DNA from: an uncultured Actinomycetes bacterium
Lineage (GTDB): Bacteria > Actinomycetota > Thermoleophilia > Gaiellales > Gaiellaceae
Assembly: GCA_963838395.1 (NCBI GenBank)
Contig: CAWIQX010000014.1
Coordinates: 654,869-718,868 of the forward strand
DNA length: 64,000 bases
Direction of reading: 5' to 3'
A program made the position numbers and the translations under genes. The first letter of the stretch is position 1; every line of letters begins with the position of its first letter. Shown here one piece after another: positions 27,553 to 36,584 of the stretch. The notes under the pieces were generated by a model. The model made no database searches and was not told the DNA's origin. It worked only from the letters and a program-made list of their open reading frames with translations.

Positions 27553-28929
27553 ATGTCGACCACCGACTGGGTTCTCCTCGCCGTCCAGGGCCTCGTCGTC
27601 ATCGCCTTCATTTTCCTCGGCGTGCGCTCGGGCGGGATCGGCCTCGGTCTCTGGGGTGGCGTCGGCACGCTCGTCCTCGTGTTCCTCTTCGGGCTCGAGC
27701 CGGGGGAGCCGCCGGTCAGCGCGATGCTCATCATCATCGCGGTCATCTCGGCGGCGGCGGCGATGCAGGCAGCAGGCGGTATCGACTACATGGTCCAGAT
27801 CGCGAGCACGGCGCTCCGCGCTCGACCGAAGGCGCTCAACTTCGTCGCTCCGTACATCTCGTACGTCCTCACGATCCTCACCGGGACGGGCAACACCTTC
27901 TTCTCGATCATCCCGGTGATCAACGAGGTCGCCTACGCGAACAAGATCCGACCGGAGCGGGCGCTCGCCGGGTCGTCGATCGCGTCGGCCCTGGGGATCA
28001 CGTCGAGCCCCGTCGCCGCCGCGACCGCCACGATGTTGCCGCTCGTGGAGGTGTACGGCTTCGAGCTGATCGACGTGCTCATGATCACGATTCCGGCGAG
28101 CATCATCGGCATCCTGCCGATGGCATTCGTGATGAGTCGCCACGGGAAGGACCTCGACGACGACACGGAGTACCAGCGGCGCCTCGCGGCGGGCGAGATC
28201 GCTCCGCCGGCGCCGCCGGCCGAGATCGTGCTGCAGCCGTTTGCGAAGCGGAGCGTCGCGATCTTCCTCGCCGGCGTCGCCGCCATCTGCATCTTCGGGC
28301 TCTTCGAAGGCCTCCGGCCGACCGTCGCCGTGGAGGAAGGCGGCGTCGAGCCGATGTCGATCACGCCGCTGATCCAGATGTTCATGCTCACGGCCGCGGC
28401 GTTGATCCTTTTGCTCTGCCGGGTGAAGGCGAACGACGTCGCGGGCTCGCCGATCTTCCGCTCCGGAATGGTCGCGATGATCGCGCTCTTCGGGATCGCG
28501 TGGATGGCGGACACGTTCATCGCCAACAACGAGGATGCGATCGTCCAGCTCCTCGGCAGCATGGCGGAGAACTTCCCGTTCATGATCGCGATCGCCATCT
28601 TCGCGGTCGCCGCGCTCACGACGAGTCAGTCTGCGGCGACGCGGACGATGGTTCCGCTCGGTCTGGCGCTCGGAATCGGCGCCGGGTACATGATCGCGAT
28701 GTGGACAGCCGTGGTGGGTGTCATGTTCCTGCCCGCCAACGGAACGCAGATCGCGGCCGCCGAAGCTGACACCACGGGTACGACGACGCTCGGCAAGCGC
28801 GTGATCGACCACTCGTTCCAGCTTCCGCTCCAGGTGTGCTGGGTCGCGACGGCGCTCGCCGGAATCGTGATCGCTTGGCTCTTCTTCGGCGGTCACACGC
28901 CGGCGCCGCCCGTGCCGACGACGCCGTGA
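27553..28929 (+). CDS. dcuA: Anaerobic C4-dicarboxylate transporter, DcuA/DcuB family
   Basis: Intact 458 aa, polytopic. It aligns by eye with E. coli DcuA across GGIGLGLWGGVG, MQAAGGIDYMV, TGTGNTFFSIIPVI and DTTGTTTLGKRVIDHSF. Confidence 0.8.
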   Translation: MSTTDWVLLAVQGLVVIAFIFLGVRSGGIGLGLWGGVGTLVLVFLFGLEPGEPPVSAMLIIIAVISAAAAMQAAGGIDYMVQIASTALRARPKALNFVAPYISYVLTILTGTGNTFFSIIPVINEVAYANKIRPERALAGSSIASALGITSSPVAAATATMLPLVEVYGFELIDVLMITIPASIIGILPMAFVMSRHGKDLDDDTEYQRRLAAGEIAPPAPPAEIVLQPFAKRSVAIFLAGVAAICIFGLFEGLRPTVAVEEGGVEPMSITPLIQMFMLTAAALILLLCRVKANDVAGSPIFRSGMVAMIALFGIAWMADTFIANNEDAIVQLLGSMAENFPFMIAIAIFAVAALTTSQSAATRTMVPLGLALGIGAGYMIAMWTAVVGVMFLPANGTQIAAAEADTTGTTTLGKRVIDHSFQLPLQVCWVATALAGIVIAWLFFGGHTPAPPVPTTP

Positions 28930-29035
28930 AGTCGAGCGTCCGCGCTTCCGCGGAGTCGACGGCCTGAGCGCTGTAGCAGCCCCGGAGCTGGCGACTGGCC
29001 GGGCGGCCGCGGGCGGAGTCCTGGCGGCCGCATGC

Positions 29036-30532
29036 GTGTCCACCTTCATCGTCAACGCGAACACTTCTGCCGTAACGATCCTGCTGCCGACGATGAGCGA
29101 GGACACGGGCGCTCCCATCGCGCGGCTGCAATGGGCGGTGACGGGCTACATGCTCGTCGGCGCCGCCGTGATCGTGACCTCGGGGGCGCTCGGAGACGTG
29201 TTCGGCCGCAGGCGCGTGTTCCTCGCCGGCCTCGCGCTCTTCATCGCCTCGTGCGTGTTCATTGCGCTGTCGACGAGCGGCACCGGAATCATCGTCGGGC
29301 GCCTGATCCAGGGTGCGGCCGGCTCCACGATCCTGGCTTGCGGGATGAGCCTCCTGTCGGTCGCCTCCTCCGGCAAGGGACAGATGCGGGCGATCACACT
29401 CTGGGGAGCCGCCTCGGCGGCGGGGGCGGCCATGGGCCCGCTCATCGGGGGAGCGCTCGTCGAACTGAGCGGCTGGCAGACCCTGTTCTGGATCGACGGC
29501 GCGATCGCAGCCGCATGCATCCCCCTGACGCTCGCCAAGGTGCAGGAGTCGCGGGACCTGAAGCGGTCGCGCTCGATCGACTACGCCGGCACGGTCCTGA
29601 TCGCGGTCGCTCTCGCTCCGCTCGTCCTCGGGTTCAGCAAGGGCGGCGACTGGGGCTGGACGTCGGCGGCCACACTCGGATGCTTCGCCGCCTCCGCCAT
29701 CGGCGCCGTGCTCTTCGTGCTCGTCGAGAAGCGCGTATCCGCGCCGATCGTCGATCTCGCTCTGCTCCGAAACCAGGTGCTCGTCGGTGCGACACTCGCG
29801 ATCCTGATCGTGGCGGGCACGCTCAACGGCCTGATGTACGTCCTCAGTCTCTACTTCCAGAATCCGGAGACCTTCGGGATGAGCCCGCTCAAGACGGGCG
29901 TGGCAACGCTTCCCGCGGCTGCCGGCCTGATCGCGGTCACCCCGCTGATCACGCCGCTCGCGGCTCGCATCGGAACGAGGTTTGCGATCGTGGCCGGCTT
30001 CGGGTTCGGAGCTGCCGGGTTCGGGGTGTTGGCGCTCGTCGAGTCGTCCTGGACGTACGCGGCCTTCATCGTCCCGCTCGTCGTGCTGGCGGCCGGGCTC
30101 GGGCTGGCGAATGGGCCGGCGTCGTCAGCGTCGACGTCGACTGCTGTGGTGTCGGAGGACCAGGTGGGGCAGGCATCCGGGATCTCGAACATGGCGCGGT
30201 ACATCGGCGGGGCCGTAGTGGTGGCCGTGGTTGCGACGGTCTTCAACTCGGTCACGGTCGAGGAGGCCGATGCGGGCGCGTCTGCCTCGGAGGCGCTTGC
30301 GGCCGGCCTCTCGCGGGCCGCGCTGCTGATGGCGATCATGTCCGGATTGGGCATCGCGCTCGTGCTCCTCATGGCGCGTCATCGGCAGGCGCGCCCGAGT
30401 GCAGTCGAGCTCGCCGCTGCTGCGGCGTCGACCTCGCACACGATCCCAGTGAGGCCCACGGGATCGGACGGTGGGCAAGCGGCGACGAGCGACCCAGCGC
30501 TCACCACGCCGGCTACGTTGGTCGACCGGTAA
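29036..30532 (+). CDS. MFS transporter (DHA2-like, about 14 TM); true start uncertain
   Basis: Motif A-like GALGDVFGRRRVFLAG. The first TM continues upstream of 29036 in frame (..GVLAAACVSTFIV) with no ATG/GTG/TTG, so the N-terminus is probably affected by an indel. Confidence 0.8.
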   Translation: MSTFIVNANTSAVTILLPTMSEDTGAPIARLQWAVTGYMLVGAAVIVTSGALGDVFGRRRVFLAGLALFIASCVFIALSTSGTGIIVGRLIQGAAGSTILACGMSLLSVASSGKGQMRAITLWGAASAAGAAMGPLIGGALVELSGWQTLFWIDGAIAAACIPLTLAKVQESRDLKRSRSIDYAGTVLIAVALAPLVLGFSKGGDWGWTSAATLGCFAASAIGAVLFVLVEKRVSAPIVDLALLRNQVLVGATLAILIVAGTLNGLMYVLSLYFQNPETFGMSPLKTGVATLPAAAGLIAVTPLITPLAARIGTRFAIVAGFGFGAAGFGVLALVESSWTYAAFIVPLVVLAAGLGLANGPASSASTSTAVVSEDQVGQASGISNMARYIGGAVVVAVVATVFNSVTVEEADAGASASEALAAGLSRAALLMAIMSGLGIALVLLMARHRQARPSAVELAAAAASTSHTIPVRPTGSDGGQAATSDPALTTPATLVDR

Positions 30533-30539
30533 GAGCGCC

Positions 30540-31829
30540 GTGGCCGAAGAACCGCGTGCGCTCCAGACGGCGCCCGCGAACGAGCTCCTGCTCTTCCTCG
30601 CCGATCTTGGCGCTGCGCTCAGTGCGATCGGCGAGACGGTCGATGCGATCGAGCAGCGCCTCGCCCTTGTCGCCCGCGCCTACGGACTCGATGACGCGCG
30701 CTTCAGCGTCTTCCCGACCTCGCTCTTCCTGACGCTCGGCCGCGGCGAAGCCGCGACGATCGAGCCGACCAAGCGGCTCTCGGCGACGCCGCGCCTCGAC
30801 CAGATCGCGGCCGTCCATCGGCTCGCGGAGGAGGCGGAACGCGGCGCGATCGCTCCTGTGGCCGGGATCGCGCGGCTCGAGGAGATTCGGGCGACGGGCA
30901 GCCGCTACGGGACGCTGGCGAGCGTGCTCGGCTATACGACGCTGACGATCGGGATCGCGCTGATCCTGCGTCCGGCTCCGCGCGACGTCGCGGCCGCCGC
31001 CGTGCTCGGCACGATTGTCGGTGTGTTGCGGCTGCTCGCGCGCGGCCGGCGCTCGCTCGAGGTTCTGATGCCCTTCCTCGCCGCTTTCGCCGTTGCCTTG
31101 CTGGCTGCCCTGGCGGTCAAGCATGACGTCACCGATCCCGGCCTGCGGGCGATGATCGCCGCGCTTGTCGTCTTCATCCCGGGCGTCGCGTTGACCACGG
31201 CGGTGCTCGAGCTGACCGAAGGTCAGATGATCTCGGGTTCGAGTCGGCTCGTCTGGGCTGCTACCCAACTCGGCCTGATCGCGTTCGGTATCGTCGCGGG
31301 CGTCAGTGCCGCTGGGGTGTCCGCGGAACGCGCGTTCTCCAGCTCTGACGCGCTGCTCGGCGACTGGGCGCCCTGGCTCGGTGTGCTCATCTACGCCGTC
31401 GGCGTCACGGTCGCCCACTCGACGCCGCCGGGCGCCCTGCTTTCGCTGCTCGTGGTGCTCTACGCCGCGTGGACCGGCCAGGTCATCGGCGATGCGCTGT
31501 TCGGCGCCTACTCGAGCGGCTTCGTCGGGGCGGTCGTGATGACGTTCGTCGCGTACCAGCTCGCCCGGCTCCGATCGACGATGCCGGTCTACGCGATGTT
31601 CCTCCCCGGATTCTGGCTGCTGGTCCCGGGCTCACTCGGGCTGATCGGGCTGACGACCTTCCTTGCCTTCCCGGGTTCCGCCTCCGGCACCGACGTCTTC
31701 GCCGTGATCGGCGCGATCGCGGCGGTCGCGCTCGGCGTCCTCTGCGGCGTCGAGCTGCACCGCTGGTTCGCGGGTGCGGAGCGGCGCGCTCGGGCTGTCA
31801 GACGACGGGTCCGGACGCCCGATGCCTGA
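30540..31829 (+). CDS. ThrE-family (threonine/serine exporter-like) membrane protein, fused N and C modules
   Basis: GTG at 30540, 8 nt after the MFS stop. A soluble-ish N-terminal region is followed by about 10 TM (GYTTLTIGIALIL, VVFIPGVALT, FLPGFWLLVPG). Confidence 0.75.
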   Translation: MAEEPRALQTAPANELLLFLADLGAALSAIGETVDAIEQRLALVARAYGLDDARFSVFPTSLFLTLGRGEAATIEPTKRLSATPRLDQIAAVHRLAEEAERGAIAPVAGIARLEEIRATGSRYGTLASVLGYTTLTIGIALILRPAPRDVAAAAVLGTIVGVLRLLARGRRSLEVLMPFLAAFAVALLAALAVKHDVTDPGLRAMIAALVVFIPGVALTTAVLELTEGQMISGSSRLVWAATQLGLIAFGIVAGVSAAGVSAERAFSSSDALLGDWAPWLGVLIYAVGVTVAHSTPPGALLSLLVVLYAAWTGQVIGDALFGAYSSGFVGAVVMTFVAYQLARLRSTMPVYAMFLPGFWLLVPGSLGLIGLTTFLAFPGSASGTDVFAVIGAIAAVALGVLCGVELHRWFAGAERRARAVRRRVRTPDA

Positions 31830-32223
31830 GCGTTTCCCGCGCCAGCTCGACCGCCTGCATGACGGCCACGGCCGTCAAGGCGACGCTCGCGGCGAGGACG
31901 AGCACCATTCCGAACCCGACGGATGCGCCGACCGTCGCGCGGGCATCCAGCCAGTTTTCGAGCGCCGTCCAGCCGATCACGAGCCCGCTGCCGAGCACCC
32001 CGATCACGCCCGGCCACGACCGGAGCATCCGGATCCACAGCAGCGCGAGCCCGGCGATGATCGCGGCCAACCAGCCGTTGTTCGGGCCCTGCGTCCCGTC
32101 GAGCCGGACCGGCCCGTCGGCGACCCACGTCACGAAGACGCCGACGAGAACGGCGGCGACCGCGATCCGGCACGCGAGCCGCCGGCGTGCGGCAGCATCT
32201 GCGCTCGGGTTAGGGTCGCTCAT
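31798..32223 (-). CDS. Small hypothetical 4-TM membrane protein
   Basis: MSDPNPS... start at ATG 32223 (or GTG 32241). Hydrophobic helices. The 3' end overlaps the convergent ThrE gene by 32 nt. The start shares CATG with the divergent PLD gene. Confidence 0.45.
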   Translation of the reverse strand: MSDPNPSADAAARRRLACRIAVAAVLVGVFVTWVADGPVRLDGTQGPNNGWLAAIIAGLALLWIRMLRSWPGVIGVLGSGLVIGWTALENWLDARATVGASVGFGMVLVLAASVALTAVAVMQAVELARETLRHRASGPVV

Positions 32224-33571
32224 GGCTGACGACGCTACCACCCCCGCAAGGCGCGGCAGGGGACGCCGCGGTGCGGCGATTGCCGGGCTCGCGCTCGTGG
32301 CGCTCTTCGTCGTCGTCTACCGGCAGGTGCTCGGAATCACCCAGCGCCCGAGCTGGCCGCCGCCCGCCGATGCGGTCACCTCCGCAGGCGCGCGGGCTGC
32401 GACGGAGGCGTTCGTCGCCCGCAGCGGCGTCCGCCCGCACGATGCAGCGCTGCCGTTCGCGTGGTCGACCGCCGCGACGATCGAGCCGCTGGTCGAGGGG
32501 GTCGCCTTCTTCCCGCGGATCTTCGCGGACATCGAAGCGGCAAAGTCGTCGGTCCACATCCTCATGTTCGGCTGGCGCGAGGGCGAGGTCGGGATGGAGA
32601 TGGCCGCGCTCCTCCGGCGCAAGCTGGGCGAGGGCGTTGAGGTGCGGGTGATCGTGGACGGCTTCGGCTCGCGACCGTACGAGCAGGCGCGCGAGATGTT
32701 CACGAGCCTCGCGGACGCGGGCGCAGAGATCGTCGTCAACGACGTCTTCCCGCTCGATCGCGACGGGCTCTTCCCCGACGGCCAGAGCATCGACTGGCGC
32801 CAGGACGAGGTCGGCCGCGCCGACCATCGCAAGCTGTACGTGATCGACGGCGCGGTCGCCTGGACCGGCGGCGCGGGAATCGAGGATCACTTCGAGAACG
32901 GCGGCTTCCACGACGTGATGGTGCGGGTGACCGGCGCCGTTGTCCGCCAGGCGCAGGCGGCGTTCCTGACGAGCTTTCGCGGTCATGGCGGCCCCCTCGG
33001 AGCCGACCTCTCCGCGTACTTCCCCGCCGGGGACGAGGGCTCGACGCCGATCGCGCTCGCGCAGGTGATCCCCGGCGGCCACGTCGCAGCCTCGCAGGCG
33101 ATCCGCGAGCAGATCGACGGCGCCCGCCGACGGCTCGACGTCATGAACCCGTACGTCACGGATGCAGACATGATCGGCCGGATCCTCGCCGCTGCCCGTC
33201 GCGGCGTCGCCGTGCGTCTCGTCGTCTCGCAGACGTCCAACAACGCGCAGGCGACCGCCGCTTTGAAGCACTACTACGGCGAGCTGGCCGAGGCGGGGGT
33301 CGAGCTCTGGGAGCTTCCGGGCACCGTCGTCCATGCCAAGGTCGTGGTCGCGGACGACGTCGTCAGCTTCGGCACGGTCAACCTCGACGCCTGGGCCCTC
33401 TACCGCAACAACGAGATCATGATGCTCGCGCAAAGCGCCGAGACGGCCGAGCTGCTGGAGGAGCGGCTGTTCGAGCCGGACATCGCACGCTCGCAGCCCG
33501 GCGTGCCGCCGGAAGGCGGACGGGAGCGCTTCGAGAGCTGGCTCTGGAGCACGCTGGGGTCGTTCCTGTGA
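32222..33571 (+). CDS. Phospholipase D superfamily enzyme (cardiolipin-synthase-like, two HKD motifs)
   Basis: 449 aa from MADDATTPARR with a single N-terminal TM. HKD motifs ADHRKLYVIDG and VVHAKVVVADD. It is the real part of ORF 31469..33571. Confidence 0.8.
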   Translation: MADDATTPARRGRGRRGAAIAGLALVALFVVVYRQVLGITQRPSWPPPADAVTSAGARAATEAFVARSGVRPHDAALPFAWSTAATIEPLVEGVAFFPRIFADIEAAKSSVHILMFGWREGEVGMEMAALLRRKLGEGVEVRVIVDGFGSRPYEQAREMFTSLADAGAEIVVNDVFPLDRDGLFPDGQSIDWRQDEVGRADHRKLYVIDGAVAWTGGAGIEDHFENGGFHDVMVRVTGAVVRQAQAAFLTSFRGHGGPLGADLSAYFPAGDEGSTPIALAQVIPGGHVAASQAIREQIDGARRRLDVMNPYVTDADMIGRILAAARRGVAVRLVVSQTSNNAQATAALKHYYGELAEAGVELWELPGTVVHAKVVVADDVVSFGTVNLDAWALYRNNEIMMLAQSAETAELLEERLFEPDIARSQPGVPPEGGRERFESWLWSTLGSFL

Positions 33572-33831
33572 ACACCTCGTCAGGCCGCGCGGCCCTCGCC
33601 ATGCAGGTCGAGCTCGCCGGCGGCGCCGCGTTCGTCTCCGACGCCGATTTCGAGGCTGTGCTCGACGAGCCGCGAGCGACCTCGGCCACCACCGAGCCGG
33701 CACTCGCAGCCAGCGCCGACGCGCGACTCGCCGGCCTGCGCTCCGCTCTCGGAGTCCTGGCCGTGCTCGCACTGCTCGCTCTGTTTCTGGCTCAGGCCAT
33801 CCCGACCAGGATCGACGAGAGGAAGGAGTAG
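33568..33831 (+). CDS. Possible 87-aa Ala-rich tail-anchored microprotein
   Basis: The GTG overlaps the PLD stop (GTGA). C-terminal TM LGVLAVLALLALFLAQAI. Its 3' end contains the SD (GGAAGGAG) of the next gene. Coding status is unproven. Confidence 0.4.
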   Translation: MNTSSGRAALAMQVELAGGAAFVSDADFEAVLDEPRATSATTEPALAASADARLAGLRSALGVLAVLALLALFLAQAIPTRIDERKE

Positions 33832-33833
33832 CG

Positions 33834-34683
33834 ATGTGCCGCTGGCTCGCGTACTCGGGGTCCCCGATCAAGCTCGAGGAGCTGCTCCTCAAGCGTGACC
33901 GCTCGCTGATCGACCAGAGCCTGCACTCGAGGTTGGGCGCGACCACGACGAACGGGGACGGCTTCGGAGTCGGCTGGTACGACGACAGCGACACGCCACG
34001 GCTCTACCGCAGCGTCCATCCGGCTTGGAACGACCGGAACCTGCGCGAGCTCGCCGCCGGTATCTCGTCGCACCTCTTCCTCGCCCACATCCGTGCCTCG
34101 ACGGGGACGGCGATCCAGGAGACGAACGCGCACCCCTTCCGGTACGGGCGTTGGCTGTGGATGCACAACGGTCTGATCCGAGAGTTCCCGCGGCTCCGGC
34201 GTGAGCTCGTGCTTGCGGTCGACGACTCGCTCTTTCCATCGATCGAGGGCACAACCGACTCGGAGACGATGTTCTACCTCGCGCTCACGTTCGGGCTCGA
34301 GAGCGACCCCGTCGGCGCCGTCGAGCGGATGGTCGGCTTCGTCGAGGAGACCGGACGCCGACACGGCGTCGAGCATCCCCTCCAGATGACGATCGGAACG
34401 TCCGACGGACGCAGCGTGTACGCGTTCCGGTACTCGAGCGAAGGTGACTCGCGTTCGCTCTACTTCAGCACGCGGATGGATGACTTGAAGGCTGCCTACC
34501 CGGACTTCGAGGAGCTCGCGGCGCTGTCGGACGAGACGCGAGTCGTCGTCTCCGAACCCCTCGGAGACCTCCCAGGCGCATGGAACGAAGTGCCCGAGTC
34601 CCACGTCGGGATCGTGCAACCCGGCATCGATGAGCTACGACCGTTCACACCCCGACTACCGACGACGGGACGGAACGGGCTGA
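33834..34683 (+). CDS. Class II (Ntn, Cys2) glutamine amidotransferase-like protein (YafJ/EgtC-like); 3' end uncertain
   Basis: MCRWLAYSGSPI with the nucleophile Cys at position 2, NGDGFGVGWY, FLAHIRASTG..NAHPF, WMHNG. Homology fades after ..VQPGIDELRPFTP (about 34650). The in-frame ORF then runs on to 35207 across the convergent gene. A TGA at 34681-34683 in the +1 frame is the likely original stop. Confidence 0.8.
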
Positions 34684-34700
34684 CGCGTTGTCCGCGGCTG

Positions 34701-35090
34701 TTACGCCAATGCCTTCTGCTTGAGTGCGTCGAACTCCGCCTGTGTGATGGCGCCGCTGTCGAGCAACTGCTTGGCCTTCTCGATCTCCGCCGCGGCGCCG
34801 TCGCCGGCCGCAGCACGTATTTGCTCGTCGTACTGGGCACGCGTCGCCCGGACTCGGTCGAGCTCGCGCTGCGTCATCCCGTCGTTCTGCGTGATCAGGT
34901 AGATGAAGACGCCCAGGAACGGCAGAACGATCGCGAAGATGAGCCAGCCCGTCTTTCCCAGGCCCGAGAGGTCATCACGGCGGAAGATGTCTCCGATGAC
35001 CCTGAACAGCAACATGAACCATGCCACCCAGATGAAGAAGACGAGCATCGTCCAGAAGACGTCGAGGAAGGGGTAGTCGGCAGCGATCAA
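34701..35090 (-). CDS. PLDc_N-like 2-TM module fused to a SHOCT domain (paralogue of 37039..37437)
   Basis: 129 aa. TTG start 5 nt after AGGAG. Motifs GKTGWLIFAIVLPFLGVFIYLI and C-terminal AKQLLDSGAITQAEFDALKQKAL. Confidence 0.75.
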   Translation of the reverse strand: MIAADYPFLDVFWTMLVFFIWVAWFMLLFRVIGDIFRRDDLSGLGKTGWLIFAIVLPFLGVFIYLITQNDGMTQRELDRVRATRAQYDEQIRAAAGDGAAAEIEKAKQLLDSGAITQAEFDALKQKALA

Positions 35091-35208
35091 GGAGTCTCCT
35101 CGGGTAGCAGTTCGGGGGCGCCGCCGTTCGGCCGGCGATTCCTACGGGTTCGCACGGAGCGCCACTCTATAAGAGCGAGACGCGTGTTCGGTCTCACGAC
35201 CGCTTAAG

Positions 35209-35240
35209 CGGCCGTCGCGCACGACGACGCGCGACGGCCG
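35209..35240 (-). terminator. 12-bp GC hairpin, putative intrinsic terminator
   Basis: CGGCCGTCGCGC-ACGACGAC-GCGCGACGGCCG lies 17 nt downstream of the stop at 35257. It overlaps the palindrome CCGCTTAAGCGG. No U tract. Confidence 0.5.
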
Positions 35241-35256
35241 TTATCCAAGAAGTCCG

Positions 35257-35664
35257 TTACCGAGTGTCGATGAACTCGGTCCTGCTCTCGTCCCAGCGTG
35301 CGGTCAGCGCATAGAGCACGATGATGTTCAGCGCCATCACGGTGAGCGACCAGAGCGGAGTCTGGGTGTTGCCGAGAAAGCCGAGCTGGGCGATGACGTT
35401 CAGACCGACGAGGACGATCGCGAACCACCGTGCCCAACCCTGCCCGGCGATCAAGCCGAAGCCTGCGAGGACGAGCAGCACTCCCCAGAGCATCAGCATC
35501 CAGCCCCACCCCGTCAGGTCGAGGACGAGGAAGCCAGACCCGGTGGGCACGTAGTACTCATCCTCGAACAGGGCGACCAGACCCTGAAGGAAGTCGATCC
35601 CGCCGACAAGCACCAGCAAGAGTCCGGCGAAGCCGATCCAGCCCGCCATACTTTTCGAGTTCAT
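35257..35664 (-). CDS. Hypothetical 4-TM membrane protein with WGW motif
   Basis: 135 aa from MNSKSMAGWIGFAGLLLVL, with GAAAGG upstream. Motifs DLTGWGWMLMLWG and GQGWARWFAIVL. It resembles an actinobacterial DUF family from memory (unverified). Confidence 0.6.
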   Translation of the reverse strand: MNSKSMAGWIGFAGLLLVLVGGIDFLQGLVALFEDEYYVPTGSGFLVLDLTGWGWMLMLWGVLLVLAGFGLIAGQGWARWFAIVLVGLNVIAQLGFLGNTQTPLWSLTVMALNIIVLYALTARWDESRTEFIDTR

Positions 35665-35847
35665 TCCGACCTGCCTTTCTAGGATCATCAGCAGCGTCTT
35701 TAGGAAAAGCACGCTGCCCTCGCGTGCGACGGCCTTGGAACAGTCGCAGGTTGTTGCCGGGAATGCAATCAGCGCGGGCGCGGCCTTGCTCGGTTCGGCG
35801 CTCGATCTCTCGTGCAAGCTTTAGCGCCGGACGTCGTTGGAGTCGGT

Positions 35848-36168
35848 CTACGCCGAGCGCTCGACGAGCAGCTTGAGGCCGTCACGGCCGGTCACGACGA
35901 CGGTCTCGCCCTGCTCGGCTCCGTCCTCACTATGAGCCTCCCAGATCTCACCGGCGAGACGCACCTGACCGTCGGGGAGGCATGCAACTACGACGGACCC
36001 CCTCTGACCCATCAGAGTCTCGGCACCTGCTGTCGCCCGTCGGCCCCGCACCTTCCGGTTCCAGAAGACCACCTCGCCACCGAAGAGGACGAGGCACGCG
36101 ACGAACCCGACCGCGTTCCAGGGTGACGGCAACGCGATCAGCAGTGCCACCGCGAGGAGGAGGAACAT
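35848..36168 (-). CDS. NfeD-like membrane protein (TM segments plus C-terminal OB-fold)
   Basis: 106 aa. C-terminal GQRGSVVVACLPDGQVRLAGEIWEAHSEDGAEQGETVVVTGRDGLKLLV matches the NfeD C-terminal pattern. TAGGAT lies 8 nt upstream of the ATG and there is no SD. Confidence 0.65.
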   Translation of the reverse strand: MFLLLAVALLIALPSPWNAVGFVACLVLFGGEVVFWNRKVRGRRATAGAETLMGQRGSVVVACLPDGQVRLAGEIWEAHSEDGAEQGETVVVTGRDGLKLLVERSA

Positions 36169-36244
36169 CGAGTGAAATCCTACGGGCGCCGGCCGAGAAG
36201 CGTGAGACGCGAACGTAGGAGCGGGTTCCCCGGTCGGACGAGCC

Positions 36245-36275
36245 GGGACGCCCCGCGATCGCCGCGGGGCGTCCC
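36245..36275 (-). terminator. 13-bp GC hairpin, putative intrinsic terminator
   Basis: GGGACGCCCCGCG-ATCGC-CGCGGGGCGTCCC starts 6 nt after the stop codon at 36281. No U tract. Confidence 0.55.
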
Positions 36276-36280
36276 CAGGC

Positions 36281-36568
36281 TCAGATTCCGAGGATCTGCT
36301 TCTTCTTCGCCTGGAACTCGTCCTCGGTCAGGATTCCCTGGTTCTTCAGCTGCGCGAGCTGCTCGAGCTCGGCGGTGTAGTCCGGCTCGGCGGGAGCCGC
36401 TGGGGCGGGCGCGTACTGCTGTTGCGCTGCCATCTGCTGGTCGTAGGCAGCCTGATCCTGCGCGGCGTACTTCTGGTCCTGTCGATGGCGCACTGCTCCG
36501 GCAGTCCCCGCCACCACGGCGGTCGTGGCGGCCGCGCGAACGAGACCGGGGCCTCTTCGTCCGAACAT
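36281..36568 (-). CDS. Small Q/A/P-rich protein ending in a SHOCT domain
   Basis: 95 aa from MFGRRGPGLV. Perfect SD AAGGAG 8 nt upstream. C-terminal LEQLAQLKNQGILTEDEFQAKKKQILGI. Confidence 0.65.
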   Translation of the reverse strand: MFGRRGPGLVRAAATTAVVAGTAGAVRHRQDQKYAAQDQAAYDQQMAAQQQYAPAPAAPAEPDYTAELEQLAQLKNQGILTEDEFQAKKKQILGI

Positions 36569-36584
36569 ATTGCGGTTCTCCTTT

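Noticed and set aside
35665-35847. 183-nt lower-GC spacer between the NfeD-like and 4-TM genes as a riboswitch or sRNA
   Set aside because: I could find no conserved riboswitch core, no convincing stem-loop architecture and no terminator. It most likely holds just a promoter and 5' UTR. The in-frame upstream extension of ORF 35257..35817 has non-coding-like composition.
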